A DNA stretch of 64,000 bases, taken from IMG/VR virus record IMGVR_UViG_3300017613_003292, positions 33,021 to 97,020 of that record; one strand, given 5' to 3'. The DNA comes from a virus (lineage: Duplodnaviria; Heunggongvirae; Uroviricota; Caudoviricetes). This document shows positions 40,678 to 50,526 of this stretch, piece by piece; position 1 is the stretch's first letter, and each line of letters starts with the position of its first letter. The notes below the pieces were generated by a model. The model did no database searches. It was given only the letters and a program-made list of their open reading frames with translations, and had not been told where the DNA came from. Position numbers and translations under genes: made by a program.

Positions 40678-40760
40678 TTTTTTCTATTTTGCTTCCTACC
40701 CGTGGCAGGGGAAAATTTAATGAACTACAAGGGAAAAGAAAGAATAAGAAAGGGATATAA
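40678..40760 (+). pseudogene. Remnant duplicate of a GT N-terminus (IFSILLPTRGRGKFNELQGKRKNKKGI*) in the intergenic spacer
   Basis: ttttctattttgcttcctacccgtggcagggg at 40684-40715 is ~85% identical to 39997-40028 (ttttctattctgcttcccacccgtggtcgtcc). Confidence 0.35.
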
Positions 40761-41750
40761 ATGGATTACGAACCTGATCCTTATGTTTTTAAAAAGGATG
40801 AAACGATAGGCTTTGGTGAAGCACTCTCAACTTCTACATTTAACAATTGGTCACAACTTGTAACCGACAACCCTCCATGGCCGTTTACGGCCAAGGCGAG
40901 GTTCCCTTCATTGGCTGATTTCTCTGCATACCAGGGTCAGATTCCAGAGGGATGTTTGTGCCTCATAGATGGGACAGATATTCCCGACAGATTTAGATTC
41001 TCTGACTATTACTATATTAGAACACTGCTTTATAACGACTATTACTATCAACTTTTTATGTACAAACGGAAGGGTTCAAATGTTAACGTTGAGGTTCCAA
41101 AGATTCCGTTTGGGGATAATGTGAAGTCCTTTTCTATTGCGTTCATGTGTACTGATGACATGCCATATGTAGGACAACTCATTTCTACTGTAAAGTATTA
41201 TCATAATCTAATTTCAATTTCCCTGGATATCAAAGCTGACATAAATGTTGCTTTTTTTGGCGAAAGAATACCATCGGAGATAGAATCAATTTGTAATTAT
41301 AAATTATTCCCATTAGATACTTTTCATATTGCGTATGCTCGCAACTGTAGTATTGATATGTGTAAAAAGCAACATATTTTTATAACTGACATTGATAAGT
41401 TGTTTCCATATGATAGCATGCGGCAAATTATCGAGTACTACCATACACTACCTCACCAGGGCATATTAAATATTAGGCAAAGCCGGTTGGACCCACCAAA
41501 TCTATTTGGAAATCGTTTGGTACTTGAAAGTACTGGTGGTTATTGGGATCTTTTTAGGGCAGGATATTGTGAGGACGATGAGATGCTTATCGAACTGGCA
41601 AGGCAGGGGATAATGCCAGTAGTCATACATGTTCCATATGCCCATGAAAAACATCCTACTTCAAAAAGAACAACCGAGGTTACTTATAATGAGAATAGAA
41701 TGATTCTTCGTAAAATTCTTTTAGATGGACGAGGGTATATTTATAAATAG
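40761..41750 (+). CDS. putative glycosyltransferase-like protein (GT-A-like, 329 aa)
   Basis: IFITDIDKLF (DxD-like) and an FMCTDD segment. It follows the GT N-terminus remnant and may be its decayed partner. Confidence 0.4.
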   Translation: MDYEPDPYVFKKDETIGFGEALSTSTFNNWSQLVTDNPPWPFTAKARFPSLADFSAYQGQIPEGCLCLIDGTDIPDRFRFSDYYYIRTLLYNDYYYQLFMYKRKGSNVNVEVPKIPFGDNVKSFSIAFMCTDDMPYVGQLISTVKYYHNLISISLDIKADINVAFFGERIPSEIESICNYKLFPLDTFHIAYARNCSIDMCKKQHIFITDIDKLFPYDSMRQIIEYYHTLPHQGILNIRQSRLDPPNLFGNRLVLESTGGYWDLFRAGYCEDDEMLIELARQGIMPVVIHVPYAHEKHPTSKRTTEVTYNENRMILRKILLDGRGYIYK

Positions 41751-41759
41751 GGGGTAGTA

Positions 41760-42584
41760 ATGCTTTATGTATATGGAGGGGCTGGGTTTGTAGGAAGAAA
41801 TCTTATAAAAAGAACATCGTATGACGCCGTACCAATTCCAAGAAATCAATATTCTGTGCAATCAAGTAAAACTGATGATATTTTATATCTAATCAGTACT
41901 GTCCACAACTATCACATCCATTCGGATATCCATAAGGACGTCGATGTAAATTTAACTACTTTTCTGACCGTGTTAGATAACGCCAGAAAGAATGGATGTC
42001 GTACCTTCAATTTTATATCTTCCTGGTTTGTGTATGGAGATTGTGAATTACCAGCAACAGAAACAACATATTGCAACCCTAAGGGTTTCTATTCAATAAC
42101 AAAACGTACCGCAGAACAATTATTGATTTCATATTGCGAGACATTCAATATAAATTATAGAATTCTTAGATTGTGTAATGTGTATGGGGAGGATGATGAT
42201 AAGGTTTCGATCCAACGAAATGCGATGCAGTTCCTTATAAAAGAATTGATTGCCGGTAACGATATCAAATTGTATGACGGTGGATCTACAATAAGGGATT
42301 ATATGCATGTTGATGATGTTGCTGATGCTATAGATATTTGTCTTAAGTATGCTCCAATTAATACTGTTGTAAATATCGGAAGTGGTAGGAAGATATTCTT
42401 TAAGGATATCATGAGACAGGCAAAAGAAATTTCTGGTTCAAAGGCTAATATTTTATCTATGGAGCCTACCGATTTCCATAAGGTTAGCGGTGTAAAAGAT
42501 TTTTACATGGATACAACTGTATTGAAAAGTTTGGGGTTTAAACAAAAGATTTCAATCCATGATGGTATTACGAGGCTGCTTTGA
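41760..42584 (+). CDS. NAD-dependent epimerase/dehydratase (extended SDR), sugar-nucleotide modifying
   Basis: GGAGFVGRNL (GxxGxxG) and YSITKRTAE (YxxxK). Confidence 0.7.
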   Translation: MLYVYGGAGFVGRNLIKRTSYDAVPIPRNQYSVQSSKTDDILYLISTVHNYHIHSDIHKDVDVNLTTFLTVLDNARKNGCRTFNFISSWFVYGDCELPATETTYCNPKGFYSITKRTAEQLLISYCETFNINYRILRLCNVYGEDDDKVSIQRNAMQFLIKELIAGNDIKLYDGGSTIRDYMHVDDVADAIDICLKYAPINTVVNIGSGRKIFFKDIMRQAKEISGSKANILSMEPTDFHKVSGVKDFYMDTTVLKSLGFKQKISIHDGITRLL

Positions 42585-43639
42585 AAAAAATAAATCAATA
42601 CACTGAATTCAATTTTGACAATCCGTTCGGAAGCCAGGCAAAGATGTTGTACCATATTGATCGGTTGTTTAGTTATACGAAATGTGGTGATACCTGGCCC
42701 GTCTTTCTTGAGATAAACTTGACTGATACATGCAACCTTTCATGTTCATGGTGCATCTCAGAAAATCGGTTGGACAGCACGATTGATACAAGCAAGTTGA
42801 AAGAATTTTTAAACAGCTTCAAAGAACACGGTGGGAAAGCGGTGACTTTTAGCGGTGGTGGTGAGCCTACACTTCATCCGGATTTCCACGAAATAGTTAC
42901 GCACGCAAGGACTGCCGGACTCGAACTTGGCTTGATGACAAATGGGTTCTTTCCAAAGAAATATATAGATTTGATTGGGAATAATTTTAAGTGGATCAGG
43001 TTTTCTCTTGATACGGTTGATCATGACAAATATAAAAAATGGAAAAATGTAAATGCTGTGTTGACAGTTTTGAACAACATAAGGCTGTTGAGCGAAAAGA
43101 ATGTCAAGGTTGGCGTGAATTGTAATGTTAATGCAGAGATGACCGTTAAGGATGTTTTGGATTTAATAGATACGGTCTCACCTCAATGTAATTATATTCA
43201 ATTCAGACCCGTCCTGCCCAGATATTTCAAAAGAGAAAAATCTGATTTAAATTCATCTGTATGGACTTATCTTCAAAAGAATTTTGTAACCAATCCAAAG
43301 ATAAATTTTAGCTTTGACAAACTGAAGGATGTTATGACTGAGAATTGGTTTCCATTTAATAGTTGTGAAGGTCATTTCTTTTCTCCAGCTTTGAATTCTG
43401 ATGGCAACCTTATGGTTTGCATGTATCATTTTGGAGACGAAAGATTTGCTTTTGGGAATATATATGAATCTGATTTTGGGAATATTTGGAATAGCAGTAG
43501 AAGAAAAAATGTTATACGTTTTATTAGACAGCTGGATTATCGTAACAATTGTCAAGTCTGTTGTAAACTGTGTGAACTGAATAAATTTATCTTTTTCTTA
43601 ACAAACCCAAACAATGATATGGATATTAACTTTTTATAA
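42581..43639 (+). CDS. Radical SAM enzyme (with C-terminal Cys-rich SPASM/twitch-like region)
   Basis: CNLSCSWC (CxxxCxxC) near the N-terminus, a glycine-rich SAM region FSGGGEPTLHP, and additional C-terminal Cys clusters. Confidence 0.7.
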   Translation: MKKINQYTEFNFDNPFGSQAKMLYHIDRLFSYTKCGDTWPVFLEINLTDTCNLSCSWCISENRLDSTIDTSKLKEFLNSFKEHGGKAVTFSGGGEPTLHPDFHEIVTHARTAGLELGLMTNGFFPKKYIDLIGNNFKWIRFSLDTVDHDKYKKWKNVNAVLTVLNNIRLLSEKNVKVGVNCNVNAEMTVKDVLDLIDTVSPQCNYIQFRPVLPRYFKREKSDLNSSVWTYLQKNFVTNPKINFSFDKLKDVMTENWFPFNSCEGHFFSPALNSDGNLMVCMYHFGDERFAFGNIYESDFGNIWNSSRRKNVIRFIRQLDYRNNCQVCCKLCELNKFIFFLTNPNNDMDINFL

Positions 43640-43699
43640 GTCTAATCGATTTCCAAAAAAACGTATGGAAGATATTCAGAAATTAAGGAGTGCTATGGT

Positions 43700-44548
43700 A
43701 TGAAAATTTATGCGGTATATCGTATCCTATACGGAGAAGACTTTGTTGAAGAATCCATATTATCAATTGCAGATTATGTTGATAAAATTTTCGTATTTTA
43801 TGATACAAGGCCTTGGGGCCAGATAATGGAAGTAGAATACATGGGAGATAAAATCGTAATCCCCGAAAAGATAGACAATGTCATGGATAAAATAAAAGGA
43901 ATGAATCATTCAAAAATTGAAATATTGTTTGCACGGTATGAAACGAACAAGAATATCGTTACAAATTATGTCAATGACATAATTCTTCCGAATTATGATG
44001 CACCAGATGTAATATGGTTTATTGAACCGGATCATGTTATCCATGAAAAAACCGGACCAAAAATATTAGATAGCATTAAACAAAATGAAATAAACCAAAA
44101 ATATAATTGCATGTTTACAAAACAACATGAAATTTGGCGAGGTTTCCGACATGAAGTCTATCCTGAAAGAAAGAGACGCCTTTCTACTGTTATATGGCAT
44201 TTAAATTCACTACGAGACAAAAAAATGCCAGAGACCGGTAGACATGCTGATGCCAAAAATAAAAAAATAGATACTACCTTTCTCGAACACAAAATTCATA
44301 ACTATGGCTTTGCCGTTTCTGAAAAAACAATGTATTGGAAACATATCATTACAATTGGTTTTTCGAGATACATAGGTGATGCAATGCCGAATATTTCATG
44401 GTATAATGAAAAATGGCTTAAGTGGGACTATAAAACAAATAATGACTGCCTTGAAATTTCTAAAGGAAGAGAATGCAATATAAAAACAACGGTTCCATAT
44501 GATATAAACGGCCATCCCTCACTAATGAAAAACTTTACTAGGGAATAA
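43700..44548 (+). CDS. hypothetical protein, possible GT-A-like glycosyltransferase (282 aa)
   Basis: Context plus an IWFIEPDH acidic motif; weak. Confidence 0.35.
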   Translation: MKIYAVYRILYGEDFVEESILSIADYVDKIFVFYDTRPWGQIMEVEYMGDKIVIPEKIDNVMDKIKGMNHSKIEILFARYETNKNIVTNYVNDIILPNYDAPDVIWFIEPDHVIHEKTGPKILDSIKQNEINQKYNCMFTKQHEIWRGFRHEVYPERKRRLSTVIWHLNSLRDKKMPETGRHADAKNKKIDTTFLEHKIHNYGFAVSEKTMYWKHIITIGFSRYIGDAMPNISWYNEKWLKWDYKTNNDCLEISKGRECNIKTTVPYDINGHPSLMKNFTRE

Positions 44549-45094
44549 ATGAACAAAAAAGAACATGTGGAACAACTTATCGGATTTGAATATAAAGGAA
44601 TACCAGTATCACAACAGAAGGCGTCCATCCCTCTCATAGTAAATATTGTCACTGAATTTAATATTAAAAATATCATTGAACTCGGAACTTTGTATGGCGG
44701 ATCGTCTGTAATATTAAAAGACAGTTGCCCAGATATAAATTTATATACTTTTGATAAAAAAGATTTAAGACATAACATCGTAAAGAAAAGAAAAGATATT
44801 ATATTTTACAAAGAAGACATCCTTAAAAAAGATCAACCAAGCCCAAATGTAATAAAATTGCTTGAATATCCAGAACCAGCAATTTTGTTTTGTGACAATG
44901 GAAATAAAAAAGAAGAAGTCAGAACATATACAAAATATTTAAAACATAGAGATATAATTGGCATGCATGATTGGGGAACAGAGATATTCTTGGAAGACAT
45001 CTCTGATATAATTGATAGGTATCAATTACATCCAATACATAAAAATATTTTCAAAACTAATGGCTTTCTTGTTAGATTTTTTCAAAAAAAATAA
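44549..45094 (+). CDS. putative SAM-dependent methyltransferase (181 aa)
   Basis: IIELGTLYGGSS (motif I-like) ... MHDWG; ATGA overlap with the upstream gene. Confidence 0.4.
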   Translation: MNKKEHVEQLIGFEYKGIPVSQQKASIPLIVNIVTEFNIKNIIELGTLYGGSSVILKDSCPDINLYTFDKKDLRHNIVKKRKDIIFYKEDILKKDQPSPNVIKLLEYPEPAILFCDNGNKKEEVRTYTKYLKHRDIIGMHDWGTEIFLEDISDIIDRYQLHPIHKNIFKTNGFLVRFFQKK

Positions 45095-45139
45095 ACCACA
45101 AGAAGTATTGAGCTTCAATAAAAAAAGGGAGACTTTATT

Positions 45140-46474
45140 ATGAATATCGGTTTTGTTGGACTTGGAAAGCTGGGGCTGCCGTGTGCATTGGTGATTGCAT
45201 CAAAAGGCCATAAAGTGTGTGGCTATGATGTCGATGAAAAAATTGCTGATTATTTAAAAGAAAAACAAATTCCATACCAGGAGGAGGGAGTTCCAGAACT
45301 GTTGAAAACAGAAACAGTTGACTTCGTATCTATGGAAGAGGTTGTCGGACGATCTGATATCATTTTCGTTGCTGTGCAGACGCCGCATGAGGAATTATAT
45401 GAAGGCACTACCCGCCTGCCAGATGAACGGGTTGATTTTGACTATCGTTTTCTTGTAAACGCCATGACGCAAATCAGTAATATTGCAGCTGAAAAAGAAA
45501 AACCAATTACAGTCGTTATTATATCGACTGTTCTTCCTGGAACAATTTCACGCACCATTTACCCTGTTATAAGCGACTATATCGATCTCATGTACAATCC
45601 CTTCTTTATTGCCATGGGAACCACGGTCAGAGATTTTTTTAACCCGGATATTATTTTGATTGGCGATCATTATGTACGAGCAGATGACGGCATTGAAAAA
45701 AATATTCTGATTGATTTTTACAAAACAGTTATAAACGTACCCGTACTTTATAAAGTTATGTCTATTGAGAGCGCTGAGCTGACAAAAGTAGCATACAATA
45801 CCATTATCACTTCAAAAATTAATATTGCCAATACGATTATGGAAATCTGTCACAAGATTTCATACGCCGATGTTGACGAGGTGACTGATGCGCTCAAAGA
45901 CTGCCATCTCAGGATTACCAGCCCGAGATATATGGATGGTGGAATGGGTGATGGCGGTGGCTGCCATCCAAGAGACAACATTGCCATGTCCTGGCTTTCC
46001 CGAAAATTGAATTTGAGCCATGACGTTTATGAAGATCTGATGAAAACCCGGGAAGCCCAGACTGAATGGTTGGCAGATCTTATCATAGAAGAATGTAAAA
46101 AAGTCGACTTGCCACCTGTTTTACTTGGATATGCCTTCAAGCCTGAAACTAATATCACAACCGGGTCCCCGGCGTTGTTACTTGAAAAAATCATGGAAGA
46201 AAAAGAATTTCCATTTTATGCCAAACATGACCCCTATTATGAAAATTTTGAACTTATTAAACGGTTTGTTTCAAGGACCCCTGCTGTATATTTTATTGGC
46301 ACACAACATTTGCTGTTCAGACAGTTATCATTTAAAGAAAAATCCGTACTAATTGACCCCTTCAGATACATGCCATATGTGGTACCGCAGATAAAAAACA
46401 TCAAATATGTCTATATTGGGAGTCATGAAGCCGGGACTGGAATAAAAGATGAAAATTATACATCCTATCTCTAA
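45140..46474 (+). CDS. UDP-glucose/GDP-mannose 6-dehydrogenase family (nucleotide-sugar dehydrogenase)
   Basis: N-terminus MNIGFVGLGKLGLPCALVIASKGHKVCGYD is the classic NAD-binding start, with catalytic-Cys region GGGCHPRD. Confidence 0.75.
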   Translation: MNIGFVGLGKLGLPCALVIASKGHKVCGYDVDEKIADYLKEKQIPYQEEGVPELLKTETVDFVSMEEVVGRSDIIFVAVQTPHEELYEGTTRLPDERVDFDYRFLVNAMTQISNIAAEKEKPITVVIISTVLPGTISRTIYPVISDYIDLMYNPFFIAMGTTVRDFFNPDIILIGDHYVRADDGIEKNILIDFYKTVINVPVLYKVMSIESAELTKVAYNTIITSKINIANTIMEICHKISYADVDEVTDALKDCHLRITSPRYMDGGMGDGGGCHPRDNIAMSWLSRKLNLSHDVYEDLMKTREAQTEWLADLIIEECKKVDLPPVLLGYAFKPETNITTGSPALLLEKIMEEKEFPFYAKHDPYYENFELIKRFVSRTPAVYFIGTQHLLFRQLSFKEKSVLIDPFRYMPYVVPQIKNIKYVYIGSHEAGTGIKDENYTSYL

Positions 46475-46652
46475 TGTTGTTCCAATCAAGGATGCTCAAT
46501 GGCAAGATTTGCTTCGGGATATGAAAAATTTTGTAGAGAATCAAAAAAAAGAGCTTGCTGTTGTAGAACGTAAAAATCGATCTTTGAAAAGACGAAATTT
46601 TAATTTAAAAGTCGCAAATATAGATTCAAGCAAGAAAATTGACGATTTTTAG
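46449..46652 (+). CDS. hypothetical small protein (67 aa)
   Basis: ORF overlapping the end of the dehydrogenase gene; last plus-strand gene before the convergent junction. Confidence 0.3.
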   Translation: MKIIHPISNVVPIKDAQWQDLLRDMKNFVENQKKELAVVERKNRSLKRRNFNLKVANIDSSKKIDDF

Positions 46653-46955
46653 TTGACGCATATAGTGTGCAGCAAGTTTTGTTATTACAATTTGGTTTTC
46701 TAATAACCAATTAGAGGAATAATCAAGAAAATTTTTTTTATTTTCTATTATCCAAAAGAAAACAATCTTGTTGATATTTAAATTTTCAGCGTTTTCAAGA
46801 TAGACGGGATCTGCGCCTGAAGAAGTTTCGACATAGATAAGAAATATTTTTTTGTTTAACTTTTCACCATGGCAGTTAAGTAGCAAATATGTATGAAATG
46901 CTTTTGGACTTTTTAAAGCCATGCTCATTATATTGTGTGGTATTTTTACACCCAT
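46626..46955 (-). CDS. hypothetical protein (109 aa)
   Basis: ORF abutting the VWA gene; its stop is 1 nt from the next start. Confidence 0.4.
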   Translation of the reverse strand: MGVKIPHNIMSMALKSPKAFHTYLLLNCHGEKLNKKIFLIYVETSSGADPVYLENAENLNINKIVFFWIIENKKNFLDYSSNWLLENQIVITKLAAHYMRQLKIVNFLA

Positions 46956-48251
46956 TTATTCTATTTCCAGACCTATAACTTCTCCAAAAGGCGCTGCACG
47001 ATAACCACTTTTCATTGTTTCTTCGCCGCTGGTGCAGAGCCATAAAACCGGATACGACGGTTCTTCCGGGTAGGAACTGCAATATCCATCTGTGAAATAT
47101 ATCACTGCCTTGGGTTCCTGGTCATTTTCTTCAATCCATTCAAATCCAGGCTTAAAGCTTGTACCGCCACCACCCTCGAATTCTAACTCAACCGGCAGGT
47201 CGTCATTGGTTAGGTGCTGAACATTCGCAACTCGGGTATCGACATAAATCACATCAATTTTAAGGTTGGGAAAGTCTTCAAGTACGCCTGAAATTTCCGA
47301 TGCGTATCGTTCTTTTTCTTTTTTAGAAACAGACCCTGAACTGTCAATGATAAATCCTATATTACCAACGTCTTCTGAATACATACCAGGTAATGCAATA
47401 CCCTGTTCTCTGGTTACATGACCATATCTTGTATTTGGATGCATCCATGAATAATCGTTTTTTGTTTTTTCTTCCAGAAAATCTCGAAGCAATTCCGTAT
47501 AATGGATTTTTGGAGCCTTCATGGCCCCAACCATTTCTTCAAGCCATGCTGGTACGTTACCTTGCATTTTCTGGGCAATAGCCGCCTGAGATACACTGTC
47601 TTTCCATTCTTTTTCCAGGTATTCTCGTTCCTGATCTGTCATGCTGTCCAGACCATTAGCATCTTCAATGACACCGCAACCACCCGGATCTTGCGTTGGT
47701 TGATCGTTATCTTTTCCATCTTTACCCTGACCATCACTTGGTTGATCGCCTTTACTCTGTTGATTTTTATTTGATGGGTCGCCATTTCCATCACCGTCAC
47801 TGTCGTCAGATGGTTGACCCGGCCCGTCATTTTTTCCTTCAGCGTGTATAATTTCATAAATTTGTTCGGCAGTCATATCACGGAATTCTTCAGATTTATA
47901 TGGATTACCCGGCAGATCAAACCCAGCCTTGTCGAGAATTAAATTCACTGCGTGATCGCAGGCAATTTGCCAAAAATGCGGTTTCCGCTCTTTGCGTCTG
48001 AGGTGGTGCATAAGAGCGACATGCATGACTTCATGGGCAATGACGCCATTCAGCTCATCATGGGACAATTCCATGGCAAATTCAGGATTGTATTTGAGGA
48101 TTTCGCCATTTGTGGCGAAGGTAGGAATTCTTGGATCTTCGTCCAAGGTCATTTTCAATGCAACGTTACCAAAAAATGGCTCGTGCATGAGCAGGGTGGA
48201 CCTGCTTTTTATGATTCTTAGGTTTGCCTCTGAAATATAACGCTTTGACAT
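46956..48251 (-). CDS. VWA-domain protein with N-terminal putative metallopeptidase domain (DUF2201-like)
   Basis: HEVMH (HExxH) in the N-terminal domain, an acidic low-complexity insert (DGPGQPSDDSDGDGNGD...), and a C-terminal MIDAS FIIDSSGSVS (DxSxS). Confidence 0.6.
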   Translation of the reverse strand: MSKRYISEANLRIIKSRSTLLMHEPFFGNVALKMTLDEDPRIPTFATNGEILKYNPEFAMELSHDELNGVIAHEVMHVALMHHLRRKERKPHFWQIACDHAVNLILDKAGFDLPGNPYKSEEFRDMTAEQIYEIIHAEGKNDGPGQPSDDSDGDGNGDPSNKNQQSKGDQPSDGQGKDGKDNDQPTQDPGGCGVIEDANGLDSMTDQEREYLEKEWKDSVSQAAIAQKMQGNVPAWLEEMVGAMKAPKIHYTELLRDFLEEKTKNDYSWMHPNTRYGHVTREQGIALPGMYSEDVGNIGFIIDSSGSVSKKEKERYASEISGVLEDFPNLKIDVIYVDTRVANVQHLTNDDLPVELEFEGGGGTSFKPGFEWIEENDQEPKAVIYFTDGYCSSYPEEPSYPVLWLCTSGEETMKSGYRAAPFGEVIGLEIE

Positions 48252-48269
48252 GTTCGTAGGTTTCCTTCT

Positions 48270-49262
48270 TTATGTTATCATTGTGTTTTTTGTTTTTTTA
48301 CCCCGTGCCTGATCTGGATCAACGCCCGTAATGCCCATGATGTCATGCATGATTTGAGATGTTTCATCTGTAAGATCTTCTCGAAGTTTTTCGCTGTTTT
48401 TGATATCGTCCATGTCATAACTGCAAAGTTTATTTTTAATTTCTTCACTCATGCGTTCAAGTTCTGTATTTCCTGCAATGTTGAGTGTTTTGAGAATTAT
48501 AAGTAAATCTTCGATATTGGTGACAATAGACTTATGATAGGCCTTGGCATCCTTATTGGACATTTTATTGTGCATGTCCCGGACAACATCGAATAGCCTG
48601 AACCATAAATCATTCATAGCCTTATGTAAATCTTCTTCCACATTGCTATTTATTTCAGCCTTTATGATTTCAAGATCGTCATAAACCAAATCTTTTATAT
48701 CATTAAGATGATCTCCGGACGGCACTGGTTGGACATCAAGTTCAAATACAAAATGATAATCCAATTCTTTGACATCCGGATATTCCTGTTGATTATACAA
48801 TGTCTGACCAAGTCGTTTTTCAGAACGTTTTAAAACGTTGGCGTAGTCTGCTTTAAAATTATCACGGGCGTTGAAAAATAACGTTTTTAATGTGTTCATT
48901 GCCGATACGAAATCCATATATTCTTTTGACGGCAATAATCTGTTTTTTCCGCGCCATGGCAAAGAATGCTCTCTATAATAAGCCCTGGCTTCAGCCGCAG
49001 CTCTTCTGATGTCTGAAATGTCATCTGAATCATATAATTTTTTATGGTAATAACCCGCATCGTATGATGTGGAAAACACTTGTTGAACAGATACCGTTGC
49101 CGCTTCATCTTTTATGGATTGACCTGGCAAGCCGATTTCAAGTGTGATAAGCATAGCTGTTTGTGACAAAATTTTTGCTTTGTCAATATTGGTATTTGAA
49201 CCAAGCAGTGTGCCATCCGGTGCATATCCAAATTTCAGTGGCAATTGATATTTATTCGTCAT
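48270..49262 (-). CDS. hypothetical protein (330 aa) between the VWA and MoxR genes
   Basis: ORF only. Confidence 0.5.
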   Translation of the reverse strand: MTNKYQLPLKFGYAPDGTLLGSNTNIDKAKILSQTAMLITLEIGLPGQSIKDEAATVSVQQVFSTSYDAGYYHKKLYDSDDISDIRRAAAEARAYYREHSLPWRGKNRLLPSKEYMDFVSAMNTLKTLFFNARDNFKADYANVLKRSEKRLGQTLYNQQEYPDVKELDYHFVFELDVQPVPSGDHLNDIKDLVYDDLEIIKAEINSNVEEDLHKAMNDLWFRLFDVVRDMHNKMSNKDAKAYHKSIVTNIEDLLIILKTLNIAGNTELERMSEEIKNKLCSYDMDDIKNSEKLREDLTDETSQIMHDIMGITGVDPDQARGKKTKNTMIT

Positions 49263-49277
49263 AATATATCTCCAGAA

Positions 49278-49529
49278 TTACATTGACCCGAGAACTATTT
49301 CTATGTCGATTCGATTTTCTTCTTCATCTATGATGAAGTTGCCTTCCAGTCGAACGCCATTTTTTTTGTAAAAATTATCCAGCAGGGTCATAAAACTTTC
49401 TTGGATTTTTGTTACGTCTTCCCGGATTTTATCGCCGGGACGAATTTGTTTTTCAGACAAGGAATTCATGGTGCGCCTCGCTCCATCTAATAAAAGCTTT
49501 GGTTTGCTGAACGTCCGAATCATGTTCAA
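49278..49529 (-). CDS. hypothetical small protein (83 aa; overlaps the MoxR 3' end by 77 nt, so the start is uncertain)
   Basis: ORF only. Confidence 0.25.
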   Translation of the reverse strand: MNMIRTFSKPKLLLDGARRTMNSLSEKQIRPGDKIREDVTKIQESFMTLLDNFYKKNGVRLEGNFIIDEEENRIDIEIVLGSM

Positions 49530-50457
49530 TGCATTGCATGATCATTTTTACACTGAATTCCGGTGGAATCCGTTCAGAATAAGTACAGATTGATTCCATA
49601 TTGGTTTTTGACGCTTGGGCTGCGACCGCACCAGTCAATGCATACATGACGCTGGGCTGGTCTTCCGGCACTTCCGCTGTATCCGGATTGAGAAAAATCG
49701 ATTTAACATTTGGTAATTCTGTCCAGATTTTCAAGAATGCCATAAATTCCAGACGATACCCATCACCGATAGCGCCGCTGACGAGTTCATCTGTTATGTC
49801 AAATGGCAATTGCATTTTGAGAATTTCAGACACATTGAAATTCGTCCGTGGCGATGGTGTGTTTCTGAGATCATTTGTCGGTTCAAAATCGTTCAGAAGA
49901 TCGGGTTTCCATCTGATGAATGATATCACACGTTCGTCGATCTCGTTGTCAATTGCCCATCGAACCCATTGATCCTGATCGGTATCGAGTTCTATGATAG
50001 ATGTAAATCGGGATTTTAACGGCTCGATCAATCTTTGAACACCGGCTTTATCTTCTCGTCTGTTGGTTGCCGCAATGAAAATGACGTCATTTGATACTTG
50101 ATGACCATTTACTTGGCGACCGAGAATGAGCTGCATGGCAGCTGCTTGAACTGTTAATGGAGCCTGTCCCAGGTCATCCAGGAAAAATATGATTGGTTTT
50201 TTTGTCGTGATTAACCGGTTCAATTCTTTAAAGGGCACGAAAGACGCTTCATTTGTTTCCGGGTTGAAGAATGGATACCCTTTATAATCCGTTGGATCAC
50301 CGACCACTGGATGCGATAGAATCAATTCATATCCAAGTGCATTCGCAGCTGCTTGAACAATTTCAGTTTTGCCGATACCCGGAGATCCTGTCAGCAGAAT
50401 CGGCTTTCTCTTTTCGCAGAATTTTTTCAATACTTCGGTCAACTCCTTTGGCTTCAT
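49453..50457 (-). CDS. MoxR-like AAA+ ATPase (AAA_5/CbbQ-NirQ-GvpN family)
   Basis: Walker A LLTGSPGIGKTE, Walker B IIFFLDDL, and sensor region ATNRRED. Confidence 0.75.
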   Translation of the reverse strand: MKPKELTEVLKKFCEKRKPILLTGSPGIGKTEIVQAAANALGYELILSHPVVGDPTDYKGYPFFNPETNEASFVPFKELNRLITTKKPIIFFLDDLGQAPLTVQAAAMQLILGRQVNGHQVSNDVIFIAATNRREDKAGVQRLIEPLKSRFTSIIELDTDQDQWVRWAIDNEIDERVISFIRWKPDLLNDFEPTNDLRNTPSPRTNFNVSEILKMQLPFDITDELVSGAIGDGYRLEFMAFLKIWTELPNVKSIFLNPDTAEVPEDQPSVMYALTGAVAAQASKTNMESICTYSERIPPEFSVKMIMQCIEHDSDVQQTKAFIRWSEAHHEFLV

Positions 50458-50526
50458 AGCATCTCCTTCATTTTGGTTTGTGAATCCATAAAAAAATAAA
50501 TCATAAAATAATAATCGATAAATACT

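Noticed and set aside
46600-46700. Convergent junction of plus and minus blocks, searched for a bidirectional terminator
   Set aside because: The two terminal ORFs overlap by ~27 nt and I could not find a convincing GC-rich hairpin with flanking T and A tracts by eye.
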